A stretch of 64,000 nucleotides of DNA from Clostridia bacterium. Its GTDB lineage: Bacteria > Bacillota > Clostridia > Christensenellales > CAG-138. Where the stretch lies: NCBI GenBank assembly GCA_017428025.1, contig JAFRRO010000049.1, positions 146,152 to 210,151 of the forward strand, in the 5' to 3' direction. Numbering within the stretch: position 1 is the first letter of the stretch; each line of letters starts with the position of its first letter. Shown in pieces: positions 36,944 to 44,776 of the stretch. The notes below the pieces were generated by a model, which made no database searches, was not told the DNA's origin, and saw nothing but the letters and a program-made list of their open reading frames with translations. The translations under genes were made by a program, and so were the position numbers.

Positions 36944-37283
36944 GCGGTGAGTAAGTCAGACGATCACGGCTCTTTTAGAGGTGAGGAAAGTCCGAGCACC
37001 ACAGGGCAGGGTGCCGGGTAACACCCGGTGAAGGCGACTTCAAGGAAAGTGCAACAGAAAGAAACCGCCCGCTTTTGCGGGTAAGGATGGAAAGGCGAGG
37101 TAAGAGCTCACCAACGGCATGGCGACTTGTCCGTTCTGTAAACCCCACTCGGTGCAAGATTGAAATGAGAGCATTCAATAGCGGCCCGCTACGCTCTTTG
37201 TAATCGCTTGAACGGCTCGGTAACGAGTCGTCTAGATAGATGATCGTCCTTTGACAGAACTCGGCTTACGGCTTGCTCACCGC
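36944..37283 (+). ncRNA. rnpB: RNase P RNA, bacterial class A
   Basis: GAGGAAAGUCCGAGC..ACAGGGCAGGGUGCCGGGUAACACCCGG..ACAGAACUCGGCUUA conserved blocks. P1 formed by gcggtgagtaag / cttgctcaccgc. Confidence 0.9.
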
Positions 37284-37309
37284 ATTTTAATCCATTACGG
37301 AGGTTCGAA

Positions 37310-38587
37310 ATGGAACTTGCATATCGGGAAGCGTATACGGATATTCTGCGGAAAGAGATCGTTCCTGCAACCGGCTGTACAGAACCGATCTCGATTGCGT
37401 ACTGCGCGGCAAAAGCGCACGAAGTGTTGGGCATGCAGCCGACCGCGGTCACGGTATCGGTCAGCGGCAACATTCTGAAAAACGTCAAAAGCGTTGTTGT
37501 GCCGAACACGAACGGACTCAAGGGAATCCGCGCCGCGGTTGCCGCAGGGATTGTTTGCGGCGATGCGGGCAAGGGTATGCAGGTCATCAGTGAGGTCTCT
37601 CCGGAGCAGCGCGCAGCCGTCTCGCATTTTATGGAAACGATCCGAATCGACGTTTCCTGCGCCGAAACGGACTGCGCGATTTATATCAGCGTCACGCTCT
37701 ATGCGCGCACGTCCTATTCGCGCGTGGTGATCGCAAACAGCCATTCCAACATCGTTGAAATCATGAAAAACGGAGAAGCGCTCTTGAAGCGTCCGATCGT
37801 AGCGCAGAGCGAAGACAGCCTCACGGATTATTCCTGTCTGAATCTGCACGACATCGTCGCATTTGCCGATCATGTCGACCTTTCGCTTGTACAAGACCTT
37901 CTGGACCTGCAGATCGAATACAACACGGCGGTCTGCGAGGAGGGACTTTCTCACGATTACGGCGCGAATATCGGAAAGATCATCCTTTCGGAAAACGAAT
38001 CCGATGCAATGACGATCGCGCGCGCCTATGCCGCGGCAGGCAGCGAAGCAAGAATGAACGGCTGCGAATTGCCGGTCGCCGTCATCTGCGGTTCCGGCAA
38101 TCAGGGCATCGCCGCCTCGATTCCGATCATCTGCTATGCTAAACAGCATCAAGTCTCTAAGGAACGCATGTACCGCGCGCTGCTTGTTTCCGATCTGCTG
38201 ACGGTCTATCAGAGAGCATGCATCGGCAGACTGCCGTCATACTGCGGCGCGATCAGCGCAGGCTGCGCGGCAGGCGCCGGAATCGCATATCTGCTCGGCG
38301 GCGACGAAACGGCCGTGGCGCAAACGCTGGTCAATTCCGTTACGATGATCTTCGGAACCGCCTGTGACGGTGCAAAGCCTTCATGCGCGGCAAAGGTTGC
38401 GTCCGCGATCGAAACAGGCATCCTCGGCTACCGGATGTATCTGCATCAAAAGAAGTGTTGCAGCGAAGGTAACGCCGTTGCGCCGAATGCCGACGAAACA
38501 ATCCGAAACATCGGACGCATCGCTTCCGAAGGCTTGACGGAACCCGATCAGACGATCATCGGAATCCTCCAACAAGACTGCAAATAA
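37310..38587 (+). CDS. UPF0597/YhaM-family protein (serine dehydratase alpha-like; L-cysteine desulfidase CyuA-like)
   Basis: LRKEIVPATGCTEPISIAYCAAKA N-terminal motif. 425 aa. SD GGAGG. Confidence 0.7.
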   Translation: MELAYREAYTDILRKEIVPATGCTEPISIAYCAAKAHEVLGMQPTAVTVSVSGNILKNVKSVVVPNTNGLKGIRAAVAAGIVCGDAGKGMQVISEVSPEQRAAVSHFMETIRIDVSCAETDCAIYISVTLYARTSYSRVVIANSHSNIVEIMKNGEALLKRPIVAQSEDSLTDYSCLNLHDIVAFADHVDLSLVQDLLDLQIEYNTAVCEEGLSHDYGANIGKIILSENESDAMTIARAYAAAGSEARMNGCELPVAVICGSGNQGIAASIPIICYAKQHQVSKERMYRALLVSDLLTVYQRACIGRLPSYCGAISAGCAAGAGIAYLLGGDETAVAQTLVNSVTMIFGTACDGAKPSCAAKVASAIETGILGYRMYLHQKKCCSEGNAVAPNADETIRNIGRIASEGLTEPDQTIIGILQQDCK

Positions 38588-38594
38588 CCCCAAA

Positions 38595-38630
38595 AAGAAT
38601 CGCACCGCTTTTTACGGCGGTGCGTTTTTT
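38595..38630. terminator. Bidirectional hairpin terminator
   Basis: cgcaccgc-8 nt loop-gcggtgcg followed by tttttt, with an A-run on the 5' side. Confidence 0.75.
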
Positions 38631-38638
38631 CGTTCGCG

Positions 38639-40993
38639 TTACGGCAGACGGTACAGCGTTCCGGCGCTGTTCTGTGCCGCGACGCTGCATTGCGTCTCAA
38701 GAAAATGATAGTCGATCTCGTAGTTGTTGCGTTCCGCATTGCTGACAAGGATGTAGCGGACGCCGTATTGTTCAAACAACGCCCGGTTTTCCTGCGGCTG
38801 TTCATACATCGAGCGAACATCGTATTCGCGCTGCGTATTGTTGATGCCGTGATAATAGAGGAACGTACCGGTTCCGGTCACGATGCTGCGTCCGGTCAGC
38901 GGAGTGACCAGATTCCAGTGGTAGCTGTTCGCGAGAATGATCTCATCCGGTTCCGTCTGCTCTTTGATCTGCTCGGACAACTCCGCTTCCGCTGCGGTAT
39001 AGACCTGATACTCGCTCTTGATTTCGCGCATAATCGTCATAACGGATGAAACCGTTATGACAAAGATCAACAGATATCCGGCGAGCGTCGGCGCAAGAGA
39101 TCCGAAGGAAAGCCGCTTCTTCGTCTTCTGCATGGAGTAACGCAGAAACGCGATCACAAGATCGATAACCGTCAGCGCAAAGCCGAGAAGAATGAGGATC
39201 CGGGCAAACCGATATTCGGCTTCCGTATACTGCCGACGCCAGATCGCAGCCGTCAGGATCATCCAGAAACAGGCAAAGACGAACGGCACAAGGAGCAGTC
39301 TGAAGTTTCGTAAGCTTCTGTCACGCAGGAAGGAGCGCACCGTCAGCGTCAACAGAAATCCGCAAAGGAAGAACAGAGTGAATGCGGTCTGCGCCGGAAT
39401 TGCGATTCCCTCCGGGCTGCCCGTCACAAGCCTGCAAAGGAAATACAGCAGGAATCCCGAGCAGAACAGATGGATACAGATACGGTCCGTATGACAGCAT
39501 TCGTCGACGGTAAAGCGCTTTTTGATCAGGCGATGCGCACGGTGCAGCAGGATACACAGCCATTTTGCAACCAGTGCGCAGGTGAACGCGAAACAGATGA
39601 ACAGCAGCTTGTTGTTGTCGTAATCGTTCGGCTGAAACGCGACAAATTCCGCAAGCAGCCACAATACGAGTACGCCGCCGTAAATCCTGCGGTCGCGTCC
39701 GGACAGCAGCAGGAACGCAAACGGCATCAGCAAGATGATCATGCCGAGGTTCTTGATATAGAACCACAGATAGGAATCCGCATTGTTCGCCCAGTTGAGG
39801 TGGATGCGAACCAGACTGCTCTCGGCGGTTTGCCGGAATGTGAACAGCAAAAGCTGCGGCGCGGCGAGGATGCAGGTGATGATGGCGTACGCCGCCCACC
39901 GGATCAGTCTTGTTTTTTCGAAGCGAACGGTGATCAGATCGGTGATGCAGTAGACCGCGCTGATCACGCCGAGCGCAAGGAAGGAATGCGTATGAATCAA
40001 CGGCAGAAGTCCCGCAATCACGGCAAGCGGCAGAACGTTGTCGTGCCTGTGCTCAAACGCGAATCCGTGCAGCAGATACAGGCAGGGGAACAGAAACGCC
40101 CAGCCGAACAGCGTTGCGCGCTGAGGAATCAGCATGTCCACGATCGGATTCACCCAGCGGAGCCCGAGCGCAGGCAGGTTCGTCGGCGTGTCGTAAAATC
40201 CGTCCATCAGCACTTCGGAGACCGTCTGACCGCGTGTGCCGATCACATACGAGAGCAAACCGCCGCTCTTTGCGAGGTCGAAAAAGTAGAAGAATCCGAA
40301 TCCGCTGCCGAAGAAGAACAGAACCGTCGCAAGCGCGGCGCGCGAATCCTTTTTCAGCCATTGGCGGAAGAACAGATAGATGCCGAACACCACGAGGACA
40401 AACGCATACATCGCCGACAGGATATACGCCTGCCGCGGGCTTGCGCCGAGCTGATAAAGCGTTGCGCCGGAGGTTTCGCACAGGAACGGATAGTTCAGCG
40501 CGTGACCGGGAAAGATGCTGTACTGCGGCGGGAACGTCGTCTGTTCCGCAATGCTTGTGATGAATCCGAGATGCATCGCAAGATCGCCGTAGGTTACCTG
40601 TCCCACCCAAATGCTTCCGTCCGAATGCTTCATGAGAATGTGCGTATGAAGCAGCACGGCGCCGAGCACGATGACCGGAACCGTGACAAGCAGAAATACC
40701 GGCAAAGAGCCGTTGAAGCGGCGATTGGATTTGTATCCGCGTCTCTTTTTGGACAGCAGCACGGCAAGGCAGACCGCGCCTGCCGCTGTGACAAGCACGC
40801 ATGCAAGAATCTGCGCGAGCACGGTAAACCCGATGATAAGCGCAAAGAGAGAGGGGAGCCAGGTCAACAACAAAAGCCCGATTGTCAAACCGAGCCAAAG
40901 GCGATTCAGAAACGCATGCTTATGAAATACGACCTCCGAAATCAGGATTCCGCAGATCGCAAACAGCAGAATGTACAGAAGTGCTGTGATCAT
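38639..40993 (-). CDS. Large polytopic membrane protein (784 aa), possibly GT-C-fold glycosyltransferase-like, with C-terminal extracytoplasmic domain
   Basis: About 18 or more hydrophobic segments. YGDLAMHLGFITSI..FPPQYSIFPG..LNYPF first-loop pattern is reminiscent of DUF2298/PMT-like families. The functional call is weak. Confidence 0.35.
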   Translation of the reverse strand: MITALLYILLFAICGILISEVVFHKHAFLNRLWLGLTIGLLLLTWLPSLFALIIGFTVLAQILACVLVTAAGAVCLAVLLSKKRRGYKSNRRFNGSLPVFLLVTVPVIVLGAVLLHTHILMKHSDGSIWVGQVTYGDLAMHLGFITSIAEQTTFPPQYSIFPGHALNYPFLCETSGATLYQLGASPRQAYILSAMYAFVLVVFGIYLFFRQWLKKDSRAALATVLFFFGSGFGFFYFFDLAKSGGLLSYVIGTRGQTVSEVLMDGFYDTPTNLPALGLRWVNPIVDMLIPQRATLFGWAFLFPCLYLLHGFAFEHRHDNVLPLAVIAGLLPLIHTHSFLALGVISAVYCITDLITVRFEKTRLIRWAAYAIITCILAAPQLLLFTFRQTAESSLVRIHLNWANNADSYLWFYIKNLGMIILLMPFAFLLLSGRDRRIYGGVLVLWLLAEFVAFQPNDYDNNKLLFICFAFTCALVAKWLCILLHRAHRLIKKRFTVDECCHTDRICIHLFCSGFLLYFLCRLVTGSPEGIAIPAQTAFTLFFLCGFLLTLTVRSFLRDRSLRNFRLLLVPFVFACFWMILTAAIWRRQYTEAEYRFARILILLGFALTVIDLVIAFLRYSMQKTKKRLSFGSLAPTLAGYLLIFVITVSSVMTIMREIKSEYQVYTAAEAELSEQIKEQTEPDEIILANSYHWNLVTPLTGRSIVTGTGTFLYYHGINNTQREYDVRSMYEQPQENRALFEQYGVRYILVSNAERNNYEIDYHFLETQCSVAAQNSAGTLYRLP

Positions 40994-41850
40994 TTTTGAA
41001 TGAACAGAATACCGGTTGTATTCGGACCGCAGTGCGAGCAGATTGTCGCGCTTGCCTGCGTGATGAAGACTTCACGGAACGGCTGCAGCTCGAGCGCGCG
41101 CTGCCGCATGGCTTCCAGTACGTCCAGATCGGAACCGGAGTGCGTGATGAAGCAGCGGTCGAGTTCGAGATCGTGTCGGTCTTTGATCATATCGTCGACG
41201 TACTTCAATGCGCTGCGCTTATAGGAGCCCATGTACTTCTTGCCGACCGTCATGGAACCGAACAGCTCCGGACGGACCATGATGCACGGCTTGAGATTCA
41301 TCAGGGACGCGCCGAACTGCGCAAGGCCGGAACAGCGTCCGCCCGCGTGCAGATATTCGAGATCGTCGAGGATGAACGATGCACTGACGCGATCAGCAAT
41401 CGGCTGTACCTCCCGCACAACCTGTTCCGCTTCCATGCCCTTGTTGATCCGTTCGCCGCATTCGCAGACAATATGCCCGCTGCCGGTCGAAAGGCTCTTG
41501 GAATCTATGACATACACGCGGCCGGCGTCGAACAGTTCTCCGGCAAGGCGCGCGTTGTTGCAGGTCGAGGAAAGCCCGCTTCCGAGCGAGACGTGAACGA
41601 TGTCGTATCCCTGTTCGATATACGGACGGAAGATCGCGGCATACTCGTCGATGTTCATTGCGGCGGTACTGGGCAGCGTATGATTCTTTTCGTAATTTTC
41701 GTAGATCTCGCGATGCGTAATATCGACGCCGTCGAGATATTCCTGTCCGTTCAGTCTGACATGAATATGTACAAAATCCACGTTGTATCGTTTTGCAAGT
41801 TCCGGACCGATATCGCAGGAACTGTCGGCAATCAGCTTTACAGGGCGCAT
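40990..41850 (-). CDS. DegV-family fatty-acid-binding protein
   Basis: VKLIADSSCDI..YLDGVDIT..STAAMNIDEY pattern. Start MRPVKL with SD AGGAGG. Confidence 0.8.
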   Translation of the reverse strand: MRPVKLIADSSCDIGPELAKRYNVDFVHIHVRLNGQEYLDGVDITHREIYENYEKNHTLPSTAAMNIDEYAAIFRPYIEQGYDIVHVSLGSGLSSTCNNARLAGELFDAGRVYVIDSKSLSTGSGHIVCECGERINKGMEAEQVVREVQPIADRVSASFILDDLEYLHAGGRCSGLAQFGASLMNLKPCIMVRPELFGSMTVGKKYMGSYKRSALKYVDDMIKDRHDLELDRCFITHSGSDLDVLEAMRQRALELQPFREVFITQASATICSHCGPNTTGILFIQK

Positions 41851-42024
41851 AATTCCATTCCTCCTGATTGATTCTACCATGAAAGGGGTCGCGCTGTCAA
41901 TTTTTATTCCTTTTCGGACCGGATTGCTGCGATGATTGTGCATAAAATGCAACAATCTTGTGAACAGCATTGACGAAACGCGAAAAAGCGTTTAACATGA
42001 AAAAAAAGAAAGGAGATCGGTGAC

Positions 42025-42612
42025 ATGGCAAAGAACCCGTATACCGTGCTCGGCGTATCGGAAACGGCAACGGACGAAGAGATCCGCGCAGCATACCGTA
42101 CGCTCGCAAAGAAGTACCATCCCGATCTCAATCCGAACGATCAGGAAGCGGCGCGCCGCATGAACGACATCAACGTCGCATATGATCAAATCAAATCCGC
42201 CGACAAGCGCGAACAGTATCGCGCTTCGCAGACACAGCAGCAGCAAACCTACTATCAGCAATCGTATTACGCGAATCCGTTCGAAAATTACTACAAGACC
42301 GGAAGCGGCTACTACGGCGGCTCCTACACCGGCGGCAGCGGGGGAGACAACAACGAACCGCCGTTCGGCTGGAGCTCCGTTTTTGATGAGAGCAATCGCA
42401 GACGCGTCTACACAACGCGCGTGAGACCGTTCCGCATTCTTTCGATCATCCTGACGTTCGTTCTGTTCAGTATGTTTGCACGCTGCGTCTTGTACAGCTG
42501 TCTTATCAGTCCGCTGTACGGCTGCTACGGATCTGCGGATCGAACGCAAAGCAGAAGCATAAATTCAAGCAGTGAATCCGTCAGTCAGGACTGGATTCGG
42601 ATCGGAGATTAA
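42025..42612 (+). CDS. J-domain protein with Q/Y/G-rich linker and C-terminal membrane anchor
   Basis: [34 protein letters not shown] (HPD motif), a low-complexity linker, then a hydrophobic segment [14 protein letters not shown]. Confidence 0.75.
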   Translation: MAKNPYTVLGVSETATDEEIRAAYRTLAKKYHPDLNPNDQEAARRMNDINVAYDQIKSADKREQYRASQTQQQQTYYQQSYYANPFENYYKTGSGYYGGSYTGGSGGDNNEPPFGWSSVFDESNRRRVYTTRVRPFRILSIILTFVLFSMFARCVLYSCLISPLYGCYGSADRTQSRSINSSSESVSQDWIRIGD

Positions 42613-42614
42613 CC

Positions 42615-43076
42615 ATGAATTTCAGAAACAAGCTCTATCGTTTCATGCAGGGAAGAAACGGCGCCGATGAATTTGCGAAGTTTCAGAACCGCGCAAGCCT
42701 CGTGCTTCTCATGCTTGCCATCCTGTTTTCGATTCTGACCGTCGCGTTCGTCCGACATGCCATGAAAGCAGCCGTCGTGTTCCGGATCCTGTATTTCGTG
42801 TTCTATGCGCTCGGTCTTGCGATGATGATCTGGTGCACGTTCCGCATGATGTCCAGAAACGTCGCAAAGAGGCAGAAGGAAAACACCACATTCCTGTACC
42901 GCCGTCAGAAACTACGCCGTTTCTTCGAAAATAAGAAGCAGGAATGGAAGAACCGCAAGACCTACAAGTACTTCAAGTGTCCGAAATGCGGTCAGAGAAT
43001 GCGCGCGCCGCGGCACAAGGGCAAGATCCGCGTAACTTGCAGCAATTGCTCCAATGTTTTCTTCACAAAGACATAA
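42615..43076 (+). CDS. Two-TM membrane protein with C-terminal zinc ribbon
   Basis: Starts 2 nt after the J-protein stop. CPKCGQ...CSNCSN four-Cys ribbon. Confidence 0.6.
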   Translation: MNFRNKLYRFMQGRNGADEFAKFQNRASLVLLMLAILFSILTVAFVRHAMKAAVVFRILYFVFYALGLAMMIWCTFRMMSRNVAKRQKENTTFLYRRQKLRRFFENKKQEWKNRKTYKYFKCPKCGQRMRAPRHKGKIRVTCSNCSNVFFTKT

Positions 43077-43092
43077 CTTTTTCTTTCACAAT

Positions 43093-43139
43093 CCGTCCTC
43101 CTGTGTTATAATGACAAAAAACACAGGGGACGGTTTTTT
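43093..43139 (+). terminator. Strong intrinsic terminator abutting the thyA start; the loop contains a -10 box
   Basis: ccgtcctcctgtgt-14 nt loop (contains TGtTATAAT)-acacaggggacgg-tttttt, then ATG. Confidence 0.7.
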
Positions 43140-43970
43140 ATGAGCTACGCAGACCAAGTCTATATCGAAACCTGCAAACGCATCTTCCGCGAGGGCGTAT
43201 GGGATACCGATCGCAACGTCCGCCCGCATTGGGAAGACGGCACGCCCGCGCACACGGTCAAGCTGTTCGGCGTCGTAAACCGCTACGATCTCTCGAAAGA
43301 ATTCCCGATCATGACGCTGCGCCGCACCTACTGGAAGTCCGCCGTCGGCGAACTTCTCTGGATCTGGAAAAAGAAATCGAACAACGTACACGATCTCGCA
43401 AGCCATATCTGGGACAGCTGGGCGGATGAGACGGGTTCGATCGGCAAGGCTTACGGGTATCAGCTTGCACAAAAGCACAAATATCCGGAGGGCGAATTCG
43501 ATCAGGTCGATCGCGTTCTGTACCTCTTGAAACACGATCCCGCGAGCCGCAGAATCCTGACCAACCTTTACAATTTCGAAGATCTGCACGAAATGCATCT
43601 GTATCCCTGCGCATACAGCATGACGTTCAATGTGTCCGGCAATCGACTCAACGCGATTCTCAATCAGCGATCGCAGGACATGCTGGCCGCCAACAACTGG
43701 AATGTCGTGCAGTACGCCGTACTCTTGCACATGTTTGCGCAGGTTTGCGGCTTCGAGGCGGGCGAGCTTGTCCATGTGATCGCGGACTGTCACATCTACG
43801 ACCGGCATGTGGATATGGTCAAAAAGATGATCGAGCTCGAACCGTACGGCGCGCCGAAATTCACCGTCGATCCGAACGTCAAGGACTTCTACGATTTCAC
43901 AACGAAGAGCTTTTCGATCGAGGACTACCGGTATCATCCGTTTGACGAGAAGATACCCGTTGCAATCTGA
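43140..43970 (+). CDS. thyA: Thymidylate synthase (ThyA)
   Basis: RTYWKSAVGELLWIWK and HLYPCAYSMTFNV (catalytic Cys). 276 aa. Confidence 0.9.
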   Translation: MSYADQVYIETCKRIFREGVWDTDRNVRPHWEDGTPAHTVKLFGVVNRYDLSKEFPIMTLRRTYWKSAVGELLWIWKKKSNNVHDLASHIWDSWADETGSIGKAYGYQLAQKHKYPEGEFDQVDRVLYLLKHDPASRRILTNLYNFEDLHEMHLYPCAYSMTFNVSGNRLNAILNQRSQDMLAANNWNVVQYAVLLHMFAQVCGFEAGELVHVIADCHIYDRHVDMVKKMIELEPYGAPKFTVDPNVKDFYDFTTKSFSIEDYRYHPFDEKIPVAI

Positions 43971-43972
43971 GT

Positions 43973-44476
43973 ATGAATGCCATTGTCAATGTAAGCCCCA
44001 ACTGGGGCATCGGAATCAATAACGATCTTCTGGTCCATGTCCACGCGGATATGCGCCGTTTTCGCGCGCTGACGCTGCACAACACCGTGATCTTCGGACG
44101 AAAAACGCTTGACACCTTCCCGAACGGCGATCCGCTGCCGAAACGGAACAACATCGTGCTGACACGCGATCCCGAGTTTCAAAAAGATGGGCTCACGGTG
44201 TGTCACGATCTTATTGAGCTGAAGGATGCAATCAGCGGAATCGATCCGGAAAAGGTATTTGTGTGCGGCGGCGAACAGATCTACCGGCTGCTGCTTCCGT
44301 ACTGCTCGTCCGTCATACTGACGCTGACCGAGGTATATCTTCCGGCAGACAAGTCATTCCCGAACCTGAACCGGATGCGAAACTGGATGCTGACGGAGAC
44401 GGGTGAGCGGCAGACGGAGGACGGGATCGCGTTCCGGTATCTGACATACAGAAACACGGATACAAAGAGCCTTTGA
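43973..44476 (+). CDS. folA: Dihydrofolate reductase
   Basis: 167 aa with IGINNDLLVH..FRALTLHNTVIFGRKT pattern. thyA-folA synteny. Confidence 0.85.
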   Translation: MNAIVNVSPNWGIGINNDLLVHVHADMRRFRALTLHNTVIFGRKTLDTFPNGDPLPKRNNIVLTRDPEFQKDGLTVCHDLIELKDAISGIDPEKVFVCGGEQIYRLLLPYCSSVILTLTEVYLPADKSFPNLNRMRNWMLTETGERQTEDGIAFRYLTYRNTDTKSL

Positions 44477-44485
44477 AAAAGAGAG

Positions 44486-44511
44486 AGCCGTGCATCTGCG
44501 CGGCTTTTTTT
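44486..44511 (+). terminator. Intrinsic terminator of folA
   Basis: agccgtgc-atct-gcgcggct-ttttttt (one G-U pair). Confidence 0.7.
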
Positions 44512-44543
44512 GCGGGTACGGATTATAATTGCAAACTACAATG

Positions 44544-44575
44544 AAAAAGGACTCGCAGAAGCAAGTCCTTTTGAT
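44544..44575 (-). terminator. Intrinsic terminator downstream of tRNA-Ala
   Basis: Minus strand reads ggacttgc-ttct-gcgagtcc-ttttt. The single difference from the 6061-6092 copy is a G-U wobble only on the minus strand. Confidence 0.75.
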
Positions 44576-44576
44576 C

Positions 44577-44653
44577 TGGTGGAGCTTAGGGGATTCGAAC
44601 CCCTGATCTCTACACTGCCAGTGTAGCGCGATAGCCAACTTCGCTAAAGCCCC
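44577..44653 (-). tRNA. tRNA-Ala (anticodon GGC), CCA encoded
   Basis: GGGGCUU acceptor with the G3-U70 identity pair, anticodon loop CUGGCAG and T-arm AGGGG-UUCGAAU-CCCCU. Promoter TTGCCT-17-TATAAT upstream. Confidence 0.9.
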
Positions 44654-44776
44654 GAACAGGTTGTATTATAAGGCAATCGTTTCGAAAAGGCAAGCATTTT
44701 TTACAAGAATGCGATCAAATTTTGAACAAATGAAAAAAAGGCTTCACGTCCATTCGGAATGTGTTATAATACCGTT

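Noticed and set aside
36975-37587. ORFs 36975-37178 (-) and 37189-37587 (-) across the rnpB region
   Set aside because: They overlap the RNase P RNA, whose conserved blocks and P1 pairing explain the sequence. They have no SD and an implausible composition.
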